Shown here: positions 9,001-18,607 of the stretch, piece by piece
Numbering within the stretch: the first letter of the stretch is position 1
Layout: every line of letters starts with the position of its first letter
NCBI GenBank assembly: GCA_050257045.1
Contig: JBLMWD010000074.1
Location: 6,442-70,441 of the forward strand
Origin: Bacteroidota bacterium
GTDB taxonomy: Bacteria; Eisenbacteria; RBG-16-71-46; SZUA-252
Direction: 5' to 3'
Length of the DNA stretch: 64,000 nt
Made by a program: the position numbers and the translations under genes
The notes under the pieces: generated by a model
Seen by the model: the letters and a program-made list of their open reading frames with translations, nothing else
What the model was told of the DNA's origin: nothing
Databases searched by the model: none

Positions 9001-9643
9001 CGAGGGAGAGCCACGAGGGCGACCAGGTCCAGAGGAAGAATCCGCAGAAGACGAGCGCCGCGATCGGCGCGAGGAAGACGATGACCGCGCTCCTCGTCCG
9101 CTCCCCGACCCACATCGAGAAGCCGGCGAAGAAGACGAAGAACGGGATCCCGATCACGAGGGCGGGACGGAGGTAATGCCCCCACGCGAACGGACCCCGG
9201 ATCTCCTGGGCCGCGCCGTTGGGGATCGCGTGGTTGAAGAACGCCGCGGTCAGCGCCTGCCAGACGAAGAGGATCGCGAACGTGGCGCCGATCGCGAGGA
9301 AGCGGCCCCAGACGTATTCGCCGGCTGTGAGCGGGGTCGAGCCCAGGATGACGTCGACCCGCTCCTCGCGATCCTTGAGCAGCGTGAGCCCGGCCGCGGC
9401 GGCGATGAAGAACGAGAAGTAGAGGAGGGTCAGGTAGGTCATCATCTGCGTCTGCGCGAACTCGGACGTGATCCACGCCTTGGTCCCGCCGACGGAGCTG
9501 TCGCCCGAGGAGATCTGCATCTGTCCGGTCGACAGGCCCCAGGAGACGAGCAGGATGATGAGCGCCAGGATGAGGACCAGCGGCCGCCGGAAGGAATGCG
9601 CGAACTCGACGCGGAAGGTGGCGAACAGCCGGCGCGGGCTCAT
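6005..9643 (-). CDS. ABC-2-type permease fused to a C-terminal M1-family (gluzincin) aminopeptidase domain
   Basis: Start re-called to ATG 9643 (MSPRRLFATF), which overlaps the ATPase stop. Two multi-TM permease halves, then a soluble domain with HEAAHQWW and a downstream Glu (SEGMA). Confidence 0.85.
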   Translation of the reverse strand: MSPRRLFATFRVEFAHSFRRPLVLILALIILLVSWGLSTGQMQISSGDSSVGGTKAWITSEFAQTQMMTYLTLLYFSFFIAAAAGLTLLKDREERVDVILGSTPLTAGEYVWGRFLAIGATFAILFVWQALTAAFFNHAIPNGAAQEIRGPFAWGHYLRPALVIGIPFFVFFAGFSMWVGERTRSAVIVFLAPIAALVFCGFFLWTWSPSWLSLEVNRLLQLVEPSGFRWLNENLLKVDRGVKYYNTQPVPYDLLFALNRLWLVALGVGGVLLTQRSVARARRGVETARARRKAAAAVPAEPVPGLGAPQPAPIQSLAMRGGSPSLRETVVAVARAEAKELRRQAGLYPFLVLILVQVLGNVLLAVGAFDTPLLLTPGMTAVAVASQAVTLVCLLLLFYTVESLQREHATGLAALVYATPVRTGALLFGKAVANSLIGVAVIAMALLASWIAIQVQHTVPFTLGPYLLVWGLLLIPTFLFWTAFVTAVYALVGNRYAAYGLSLAALAYTTYRFLTNQISWAGNWPLWGALRWSDLGPFEHDRMALVLNRVMVLGAAVFFIALAVRLFRRRGRDPVRTMHRLAPGPLFRSALRLMPYAVVPLALWITLLFQVAQGTEGGAAKKERKDYWAKNLKTWLDAPLPDIARADLAVKVDPGRSRLESRGAIVLVNSLDTTLAQIPLTGDISWRHVSWTMNGRPVTPEDSKHLYLFTPPRPLAKGDSVVIGWTFDNALPAGISKNSGNLEEFVLPSGVVLTGFTPSFMPVLGFMEDVGETKDNKTEPRRYPRDYWKGVTQAGYGATAWFPARVAVTGPAGYTLNSVGVCTSDTVKNGWRTQVWETDHPVKLLNIVCGRWKVKRGNGTTIYYNAVHPYNVAQMSSTLDAARRWYSEWFLPYPWKELKLSEFPALAGYAQGFGTDITFSENIGFLTKNDAKTNATFLVTAHEAAHQWWGNIVTPAKGPGADFLSEGMAHFSTMLLFDQVLGPRERMEFAKGVESRYGDRRRVDDERPMYDIDGKRASDETVVYDRGGWVFWMLYDYLGHDRALAGYRAFCREWSVSRDHPALQDLVLAMRPYAADPVKYDAFAKQWFEEKAMPEYRVENAAKRKIGSGYDVTAVVRNVGTGTMPVEIAATAGERWKKPAPPASSGAAASSDAARLLAEQDPSYREARTLVTLAAGESKRVTVHCAFLPKQIVVDPDVRVLQLRRKQAVASL

Positions 9644-10599
9644 CCCACCGCCTCGACGGACGCGTTGGTCCCGCTGATGCGCCCCGCGAGCGGCGCGGGC
9701 TCTGGTCCGGCGCCGTTCCCCCCGGGGAGCGACCCCAGGCGCATGGAGACGAGGTAGGCGTCCTCGAGCGTGGCCGGCGCGGGGACGAAGCCCGAGGGTG
9801 CCACGCCCGACGGCTCGTAGACGCGGGCCCGGTTCTTCCCTTCCACGATCACCGACTGCGTCACCATCTGGTCTTCCCGCAGCCGCTCGAGGTCCTTCAC
9901 CGGGACGAGCCCTTCGAACATCCGCCCGCCGATCGAGGCGCGAGCCTCGCCCGGGGTGGTGAGCGCGATCAGCCTTCCCGAGCGGATCACCGCGAACCGC
10001 GGACACAGGACCGCCACGTCCTCGACGATGTGCGTCGAGAGGAGGACGATCCGGTCGGCCGCGAGCTCGGAGAGGAGTTGGTAGAAGCGGAGCCGCTCCT
10101 CGGGATCGAGCCCCGCGGTCGGCTCGTCCACGATGATGAGGCGCGGATCGCCCGCGATCGCCTGCGCGATCCCGAGCCGCTGCCGCATGCCGCCGGAGTA
10201 GCTCTTCACGGGCCGCTTCGCCGCGAACGACAGGTTCACGCGGTCGAGGAGCTCGGCCACGAGCTTCTTCTTCCCCTGGGGCGCCTGCACGCCCTTGAGA
10301 TCGAGCAGATGCCCGAGCATGGCCGCGCCGGAGAGATGCGGATAGAAGCCGAACTCCTGGGGCAGGTATCCGAGCCGGGGCCACACGGCCTGCGGATTGG
10401 CGGCGATGTCGACTCCGTCGAGCATGGCGCTTCCGGACGTCGGCTCGAGCAGCCCGGCGAGGATCTTCATGAGCGTCGACTTCCCCGCCCCGTTGGGACC
10501 GAGGAGGCCGAACATCCCGGGGGGAACGTCCAGGTCCACGCCGTTCAAGGCGGTGACGGGGCCCGGGTAGACCTTGACGAGACCGCGGGTGCTGAGCAT
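9640..10599 (-). CDS. ABC transporter ATP-binding protein
   Basis: Walker A GPNGAGKS, signature YSGGM, Walker B IIVDEPT, H-loop STH. Confidence 0.95.
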   Translation of the reverse strand: MLSTRGLVKVYPGPVTALNGVDLDVPPGMFGLLGPNGAGKSTLMKILAGLLEPTSGSAMLDGVDIAANPQAVWPRLGYLPQEFGFYPHLSGAAMLGHLLDLKGVQAPQGKKKLVAELLDRVNLSFAAKRPVKSYSGGMRQRLGIAQAIAGDPRLIIVDEPTAGLDPEERLRFYQLLSELAADRIVLLSTHIVEDVAVLCPRFAVIRSGRLIALTTPGEARASIGGRMFEGLVPVKDLERLREDQMVTQSVIVEGKNRARVYEPSGVAPSGFVPAPATLEDAYLVSMRLGSLPGGNGAGPEPAPLAGRISGTNASVEAVG

Positions 10600-10741
10600 C
10601 GGGGCCCTCCTCTGGGCGGGTTCCGGGGCTGCGGCGATGGATTCTCTACGATCCGATTCTCGGGTGGGTTTCCGGTCCGGGAACGAGGATACTCGTGCGC
10701 TCGCGGCATCAAGGCAGCTTTTCTGGAATGCGGAGAGCCGG

Positions 10742-12622
10742 TTGGACCGACCCCCAGAGAAACCGCTCCTCGTCTACGACGGCGATTGCGGCTTCTGCCG
10801 GCTCTGGATCGACCGCTGGCGCGCCACCACGGGCGACCGCGTCGACTACGCCCCGTTCCAGGAGGTCCTGAGCCGCTTCCCCGAGATCCCCCGCGAGCGC
10901 TTCGCGCGAGCGGTCCAGCTCCGGGACCCGGACGGCCGCTGGTACGGCGGCGCCGAGGCGGTCTTTCGCGCGCTCGCCGTCGAACCGGGTCGGCGCTGGC
11001 CCCTGTGGCTCTACCGCCGGGTCCCCGGCGTCCGCCCGTTCACCGAGGCCGCCTACCGCCTCGTGGCGGCGAACCGGAATCCGCTCGATCGCCTCACGCG
11101 CTGGGTCTGGGGGAAGCACGTGACACCCCCCGGCGAGACCTTCACCTCGTGGATCTTCCTTCGGCTCCTCGCCATGGTCTATCTCGTGGCGTTCGTCTCG
11201 ATGTGGGTCCAGGCGGGCGGTCTCGTCGGCACGCACGGCATCCTCCCGGCGCGCGACTTCCTCGCGGCGATCCACGTGCGCTACGGCGTGCTCGGCTACT
11301 GGATCGCCCCGACCCTCGGATGGCTCGGCGCGAACGACACGCTCCTCACCATCCTCTGCGCGTCGGGAACCGCGCTCGCGGCGCTCCTCTTGCTCGGCGT
11401 GGCCCCGATCGCCTGCCTCGCGGGACTCTGGATCGGCTATCTCTCGCTCTCCATCCTCGGCCAGGACTTCTTCTGGTTCCAGTGGGACAGCCTGCTCCTC
11501 GAGACGGGTCTCCTCGCGATCCTGATCGCGCCGTGGCGCGGATGGTCGCGCCCCTGGAGCGATCCGCCCCCGAGCCGCGCGGGGCTCTGGCTCCTCCGCT
11601 GGCTCTTCTTCCGCCTCTCGTTCTCCTCGGCCGCGGTGAAGCTCCTGAGCGGCGATCTCTCCTGGCGGGCGGGAACGGCGCTCCGGCACCACTTCGAGAC
11701 GCAGCCGCTCCCGCCCTGGACCGCCTGGTACGCGCACCGGCTGCCGCCCGGGCTCCTCGATGCCGCCACCTATGGAACCCTCCTGATCGAGGGACTCGCA
11801 CCCTTCCTGGTCTTCGGTCCCCGGCGGATCCGGTTCCTGGGTGCCGGTCTCGTGGCGGCCCTCCAGATCCTCATCCTGCTCACCGGGAACTACGGCTTCT
11901 TCAACTGGCTCACGCTGGCGCTCTGCGTCGCCTGCCTCGACGACGGCGTCTGGCCCGCGTCATGGCTGCGGCGCATGCGCGAGGAGGACGCGGCCCGCGG
12001 CGAGCGGGCGCGGCGCGGAGGGTGGTACGGCTGGGCGATCCGGCCGCTCGCCGTGGGCCTGTTCTTGATGTCCCTGGTCCCCTTCCTCACGTCCCTCCAG
12101 CTCCCGACGTCCTGGCTCGGACCGGTCGAATACGTCTCGAGCCTCGCCTGGCCCTTCCGCTCGTTCAACCGGTACGGTCTCTTCGCGGTCATGACCACGC
12201 GCCGCCTCGAGATCGTGATCGAGGGGAGCGACGACGGCTCGCGATGGCTGCCGTACGAGCTTCCGTTCAAGCCCGGCGACCCATCGCGCCGCCCCGACTT
12301 CGTGGCCCCGCACCAGCCGCGTCTCGACTGGCAGATGTGGTTCGCCGCGCTGAGCGACTTCCGCCAGCAGCCGTGGTTCCTGCTCCTCTGCCGCGCCCTG
12401 CTCGAGGGCTCCGCGCCGGTAGCCGCGCTCTTCGAGCGGAATCCCTTTCCCCGCGCGCCCCCCCGGTTCCTGCGGGCCGTGGTCTACGACTACCACTTCA
12501 CGGACGGGGACGAGATGCGCCGAGCCGGTGCGTGGTGGACGCGGAGGGCGGTCGGGCTCTACTGCCCGGTGCTCGCGGTGCAGGGAGGACAGCTCGTGGC
12601 GGTGGGTGCCGCGCCTCCGTGA
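10742..12622 (+). CDS. DCC (DUF393) thiol-disulfide oxidoreductase domain fused to lipase maturation factor (LMF) family membrane protein
   Basis: N-terminal LVYDGDCGFC; LMF motifs QWDSLLLETG, HHFETQPLP, GNYGFFNWL, YGLFAVMT, PHQPRLDWQMWFAAL. Start uncertain; TTG 10742 chosen. Confidence 0.85.
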   Translation: MDRPPEKPLLVYDGDCGFCRLWIDRWRATTGDRVDYAPFQEVLSRFPEIPRERFARAVQLRDPDGRWYGGAEAVFRALAVEPGRRWPLWLYRRVPGVRPFTEAAYRLVAANRNPLDRLTRWVWGKHVTPPGETFTSWIFLRLLAMVYLVAFVSMWVQAGGLVGTHGILPARDFLAAIHVRYGVLGYWIAPTLGWLGANDTLLTILCASGTALAALLLLGVAPIACLAGLWIGYLSLSILGQDFFWFQWDSLLLETGLLAILIAPWRGWSRPWSDPPPSRAGLWLLRWLFFRLSFSSAAVKLLSGDLSWRAGTALRHHFETQPLPPWTAWYAHRLPPGLLDAATYGTLLIEGLAPFLVFGPRRIRFLGAGLVAALQILILLTGNYGFFNWLTLALCVACLDDGVWPASWLRRMREEDAARGERARRGGWYGWAIRPLAVGLFLMSLVPFLTSLQLPTSWLGPVEYVSSLAWPFRSFNRYGLFAVMTTRRLEIVIEGSDDGSRWLPYELPFKPGDPSRRPDFVAPHQPRLDWQMWFAALSDFRQQPWFLLLCRALLEGSAPVAALFERNPFPRAPPRFLRAVVYDYHFTDGDEMRRAGAWWTRRAVGLYCPVLAVQGGQLVAVGAAPP

Positions 12623-12648
12623 TCGGCGGAGACCGCGCGGGAGGGGCT

Positions 12649-13848
12649 CTAGGAGATCGAAGCGGGAACGGGAGCGCGCGCCACGGTCGCCAGGGAGAGG
12701 CCGCCGAGGACCCGCTCGGCGTTCCGGTCCCACGTGTGGTGCGCGAGGATGTGCTCGCGTGCCCGGGCGCCCATCGCGCGGCGCCGCCCGTCGTCGGCGA
12801 GGAGCCCGGCGATCGCGTCGGCCATCGCGGGCACGTTCCGGGGCGGGAAGAGGATCCCGGCCCCGTCCGCGATCCCCTCCTCCAACGGCCCGAGCCGCGG
12901 AGCCACGACCGGCTTTCCCATGGCCATGTACTCGTAGATCTTCACCGGCGAGGCGTATTCGTTCGCATTCGGCTGCACGGCCACGTCGAAGGCGGCGATG
13001 TGCTCGGGGAGCGACTCGTGGACGACCCAACCCGCGAAGATCACGCGGTCCGATACGCCGCGTTCGCGCGCCTGCGCCTCGAGTCCTGGGCGCGCCGGGC
13101 CGTCTCCGACCAGGAAAAGACACGCGTCGGGAATCCGCCGCAGAATCTCCGGGAGCCCGTCGATCAGGAGATCGACGCCGTGCCAGGGAACAACCTGCCC
13201 CGTGAAGCCGATCACCGGCGCGTCGCCGAGGCCGAAGCGGGCCCGGACCGCGGCCCCGGATATCTCGGGCCGGAACCGCTCGGGATCGGCCGCGTTCGGC
13301 GTCACCACGACGCGGCTCGGGTCGGCGCCCGCCGCGATCACCTGCCGGCGGAGCTCGCCCGTCACGGCGTTGATCACCGCGGCCCTCCGGAATACGAACC
13401 GCTCGAGAACGCGCGCGAGGGGGAGCAGGATCCGGCTCCGCTTGCGGTAGAGCTTCGTGCGCGTCGTGTAGTTCACCTCGAGCACCAACGGCACGCGCCT
13501 GAGCCGCGCCGCGAGCGCGCCCGACACGTTGAAGTAGGCGTAGCGTTCGTAGAGGAAATCGGTCGGAGCCTGCCTGAGGGCAGTCCGGAGCCTACCCAGC
13601 GCCGGCACGTTGTACGCGATCTCCATCAGCTCGAAGACCGCCTCGGGCATGCGCGCCGCGAGCACGTGCCAGAGCCCGCCGAGCCCGCCGTGCCGCACCG
13701 GCGGCTCGCCGCCGCTCCCGAGCACCACGCCCGGAGGCGAGACGATCTCCACGTCGGCGCCGGCCCGTCGGAAGGCGTTCGCCATCCCGAGGAGATGGAC
13801 GCTCTCGACGCCGTGGCCCTGGGTGCGGTGGTGCATGAGGATGCGCAT
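12649..13848 (-). CDS. Glycosyltransferase family 4 (GT-B)
   Basis: SPVKIYEYMAMGKPVV motif; PNAAD; HTWDRNA terminus. Confidence 0.9.
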   Translation of the reverse strand: MRILMHHRTQGHGVESVHLLGMANAFRRAGADVEIVSPPGVVLGSGGEPPVRHGGLGGLWHVLAARMPEAVFELMEIAYNVPALGRLRTALRQAPTDFLYERYAYFNVSGALAARLRRVPLVLEVNYTTRTKLYRKRSRILLPLARVLERFVFRRAAVINAVTGELRRQVIAAGADPSRVVVTPNAADPERFRPEISGAAVRARFGLGDAPVIGFTGQVVPWHGVDLLIDGLPEILRRIPDACLFLVGDGPARPGLEAQARERGVSDRVIFAGWVVHESLPEHIAAFDVAVQPNANEYASPVKIYEYMAMGKPVVAPRLGPLEEGIADGAGILFPPRNVPAMADAIAGLLADDGRRRAMGARAREHILAHHTWDRNAERVLGGLSLATVARAPVPASIS

Positions 13849-13946
13849 CGCCCTCGTCTCGCGTCCGTGGATTAGCTTGCGGGAAGTGACTGAAACGTTG
13901 GCACTTCAGGGGCATTCCATCAAGGGGATTCGAGGCGCGATCGAAT

Positions 13947-14030
13947 TGCCCGGGGCAGGAATCGAACCTGCATGGCCTTTCGGCCAGGGCATTTTAAGTG
14001 CCCTGCGTCTCCCATTTTCGCCACCCGGGC
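13947..14030 (-). tRNA. tRNA-Leu (anticodon TAA), CCA not encoded
   Basis: Cloverleaf: acceptor GCCCGGG/CCCGGGC, anticodon stem GGGCA/TGCCC with loop CT-TAA-AA, long variable arm TGGCCGAAAGGCCA, T-loop GGTTCGATTCC. Confidence 0.97.
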
Positions 14031-14091
14031 CATGATCCGCGTCGCAGCGGAGACAGCATTCGCTAGCGCTGTGCCGCCGCGCTCCAGACCG

Positions 14092-15168
14092 CTACCTCGT
14101 TCCCACCACGTCGTGCTCGTCCTCGATGTCCCCGACCAGCTCCTCGACGATGTCTTCGAGCGTGATGATGCCGATCGGGATCCCCGCCTCGTCGATCACG
14201 ACCGCCATCTGGCGCCGCGCGCGTCGGAATTCCTTCAGCTGATCCGCGGTGCTCCGGTCGGCGGGCGCCCACGTCACGGGGTACATCGCGTCCTCCAGGT
14301 TCACGAGCCCGCTCGTCGCGTAGATCGCGAAGAGGTCCTTCGCGTTCACGATCCCGACGACGCGCGTCGGTTCGCCGTCGTAGACCGGGAAGCGCGTGTG
14401 CACGCTGTCCTGGAGCGCGTAGAGGATCTGCTGCGGCTTCATCCGATACTCCAGCATCACCGCCTTGGCCAGCGGGAGCATGGCGTCGCGAACCTTCTTC
14501 TCGGGGAGATCGAACGCGCGCGTAAGGATCTCGGCCTGCTCGGGCGACATCTTCCCCGCCTCGCTCACGTCCTCGACGATGAGCTGCAGCTCGTCCACGG
14601 AGTGAACGTGCGTCTGGTGCGCCGCCCGCCGGAACCCGAGCAGCCGCACGAGCAGGTTCGCGGTCCAGTTCATCATGCGGATGAGCGGCCGGAAGACGCG
14701 CTCGAAGGCGAGCGTCGGCCCGGCGAGCACGATCGCGGCCGTGTCCGGGATCCGGATCGCGATCGCCTTGGGCGCCTGCTCGCCCACGACCACGTGCACG
14801 AAGGTGATGATGAGGAAGGCGAAGGCGGTCGCGACGCCGTGCGCGGCGAAGATCCCCCAGTTCTCCGGGAGCCACTGGAACCACGGCATCAGGACGCGGG
14901 CGAGCCCGGGCTCGCCGACCCAGCCCAGGCCGAGGCTCGTCATGGTGATCCCGACCTGCGTCGCCGCGATCATGTCGTCGACGCGACGGACCGCCTCCTG
15001 CGCCACCGCGGCGCCCGGGACCTTCTTGTCGACCAGCTCCTCGAGGCGCGTCCTCCGCACCGTGACGAGGGAAAACTCCGCCGCCACGAAGACGGCGTTC
15101 CCGAGCACGAGCAGTGGGATCGCGAAGACCTGGACCCAGGTGAGGAAGTGTCCCCAGAAGCCGACCAT
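14092..15168 (-). CDS. CNNM/DUF21 plus CBS-pair membrane protein (hemolysin/CorC-like)
   Basis: GNAVFVAAEFSLV, TQVGITMTSLGLGWVGEP, HTRFPVY, GIITLEDIVEELVGDI. Confidence 0.9.
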   Translation of the reverse strand: MVGFWGHFLTWVQVFAIPLLVLGNAVFVAAEFSLVTVRRTRLEELVDKKVPGAAVAQEAVRRVDDMIAATQVGITMTSLGLGWVGEPGLARVLMPWFQWLPENWGIFAAHGVATAFAFLIITFVHVVVGEQAPKAIAIRIPDTAAIVLAGPTLAFERVFRPLIRMMNWTANLLVRLLGFRRAAHQTHVHSVDELQLIVEDVSEAGKMSPEQAEILTRAFDLPEKKVRDAMLPLAKAVMLEYRMKPQQILYALQDSVHTRFPVYDGEPTRVVGIVNAKDLFAIYATSGLVNLEDAMYPVTWAPADRSTADQLKEFRRARRQMAVVIDEAGIPIGIITLEDIVEELVGDIEDEHDVVGTR

Positions 15169-15187
15169 CCTGGTTCGCCTCGGGGCC

Positions 15188-17071
<1,884 letters not shown>

Positions 17072-17077
17072 GGGCCT

Positions 17078-17086
17078 ACGATAGCA
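17078..17086 (-). promoter_or_regulatory. Putative extended -10 box (TGc-TATCGT) 6 nt before the Trx-NHL start
   Basis: Spacing fits a leaderless transcript. Confidence 0.5.
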
Positions 17087-17152
17087 GGAAACCCCCGTTC
17101 GCGGGGCCCGTCCGTTCCGATTCGAAACCCTCCTCGCGGCATCTAATCGAAG

Positions 17153-17881
17153 GTGCGGCTCTCCCAGTCCGAAATCGACGCCATCCTCCGGGAGGAAGCG
17201 GACCACTGCTGCGGTGGGATCGGCGAGCAGAAGATCTGCGTCAAGATCGTGGCCATCGCCGAGCTCCCTACCCGGTTCGGCCGCTTCCAGATCGCGGCCT
17301 TCTGGAACAACCGGGACGGCAAGGAGCACGTCGCGGTCATGAGCGGCCGCCCCTACGGCCAGTCCGACGTGCCGGTCCGCATCCACTCGGAGTGCCTCAC
17401 CGGGGATGCCCTCGGCTCCCTCCGCTGCGACTGCAGGGACCAGCTCGAGGTCTCGCTCCGCGCCATCGCCAAGCTCCCGATGGGGGTGGTGCTCTATCTC
17501 CGACAGGAGGGGCGCGGGATCGGGCTGCTCAACAAGATCCGCGCGTACGAGCTGCAAGACCGGGGGCTCGACACGGTCGAGGCCAACCAGGCGCTCGGCT
17601 TCCGGGACGACGAGCGCGAGTACGCGATCGCGGCTCACATGCTGATGAGCCTCAAGATCCGCTCGATCGAGCTCATGACCAACAATCCGCGCAAGGTTTC
17701 GGAGCTCGCCCGCTACGGCATCGTGGTGGCCGGGCGGGAGCCGCTCGTGATCCCCCCCAACGAGCACAACCGCTTCTACCTCGAGACCAAGGCCCTCAAA
17801 TCGGGGCATTACATCGACTTCTCGGGAAAGCCTCACCTTCCCGAGCAGGGAGAAACCGTCCAGGTCGAGGGTATGAAGTAG
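17153..17881 (+). CDS. ribA: GTP cyclohydrolase II
   Basis: VRIHSECLTGD..GSLRCDC (Zn ligands), QEGRGIGLLNKIRAYELQD, MTNNPRK. Confidence 0.95.
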   Translation: MRLSQSEIDAILREEADHCCGGIGEQKICVKIVAIAELPTRFGRFQIAAFWNNRDGKEHVAVMSGRPYGQSDVPVRIHSECLTGDALGSLRCDCRDQLEVSLRAIAKLPMGVVLYLRQEGRGIGLLNKIRAYELQDRGLDTVEANQALGFRDDEREYAIAAHMLMSLKIRSIELMTNNPRKVSELARYGIVVAGREPLVIPPNEHNRFYLETKALKSGHYIDFSGKPHLPEQGETVQVEGMK

Positions 17882-17953
17882 GGTATGAATTGAAGTCGAA
17901 GGGGTGCCGCGATTTCGGTTAGGATCACGGGCTCGTAGGGGGGTTCTTCCGAA

Positions 17954-18607
17954 GTGCTTTCCCAGGCGGCCTCGGGCCGGCTTTTCAAAATCCTGCTCAT
18001 CGTCGTGGCGATCGCCGCCTTGGCGCTCGCCCTCGCGACCTTGCTCGGCGGACCGCGGCCGGTCTCGGCCCAGGACATCCGGATCGGGCTCCCCGCGTAC
18101 GTGCCGAGCGACCCGCCCCAGAGCCGGCGGGTCATGTTCGCCGACTCGTCGATCTCCCTCAACACCATCTGTCCTGTCCGCAAGGCCAAGGTCGACCCGA
18201 ACCGCGATCCGGTCTACGTGAACGGGAGGGCGATCGCCTTCTGCTGCCACCCCTGTCCGTCGGTCTTCTCGCAGGATCCCGAGCGCTATCTGCGCGAGCT
18301 CAAGATCGCGGTGCGGTGCCCGGTGAATCCCGCGCGCCGCGCCATCATCGATTCGTCCCTGCGGATGAAGATCAACCAGGACATCTTCTTCTTCTCGAGC
18401 CGGACCGCCATGCAACGCTTCGAAAAGGATCCCCTTCGCTTCTGCGGCAAGCTGACCGACCCGGTGACCCGCACCCGGTTCCGGCCCACCAGCGCCTCGC
18501 CCCACGTCACCTTCCGCGGCCGCATATACTTCTTCGCCTCCGACTCGACCCTGGCCCGCTTCCAGGCGACGCCCGAGAAGTTCTACGAGCGGCTCGCGGG
18601 GACGTGA
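17954..18607 (+). CDS. Exported or membrane-anchored protein with three YHS-like repeats
   Basis: N-terminal hydrophobic segment, then three units of the type (C/D)PV...(I/Y)(A/F/Y)F(C/F/A)...F..DP..(Y/F). Confidence 0.65.
   Translation: MLSQAASGRLFKILLIVVAIAALALALATLLGGPRPVSAQDIRIGLPAYVPSDPPQSRRVMFADSSISLNTICPVRKAKVDPNRDPVYVNGRAIAFCCHPCPSVFSQDPERYLRELKIAVRCPVNPARRAIIDSSLRMKINQDIFFFSSRTAMQRFEKDPLRFCGKLTDPVTRTRFRPTSASPHVTFRGRIYFFASDSTLARFQATPEKFYERLAGT

Noticed and set aside
6005-10384. ATPase-permease-peptidase triple fusion or frameshift suggested by the 1459-aa ORF
   Set aside because: The first ~247 codons are an off-frame shadow of the ATPase gene; the ATGA overlap at 9640-9643 indicates two normal coupled genes.
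5795-13875. Very long alternative-frame ORFs (5795-9757, 10030-13875 and many similar ones across the window)
   Set aside because: They are antisense or off-frame shadows of well-supported genes; stop codons are rare at this GC content and the translations are Arg/Pro/Gly-rich without motifs.
13849-14091. tRNA-Leu as an integration site with a downstream island
   Set aside because: No integrase, no duplicated tRNA 3' end found elsewhere in the window, and only a short AT-richer intergenic patch.
17072-17152. FMN riboswitch ahead of ribA
   Set aside because: The 80-nt gap is too short and lacks the RFN consensus.
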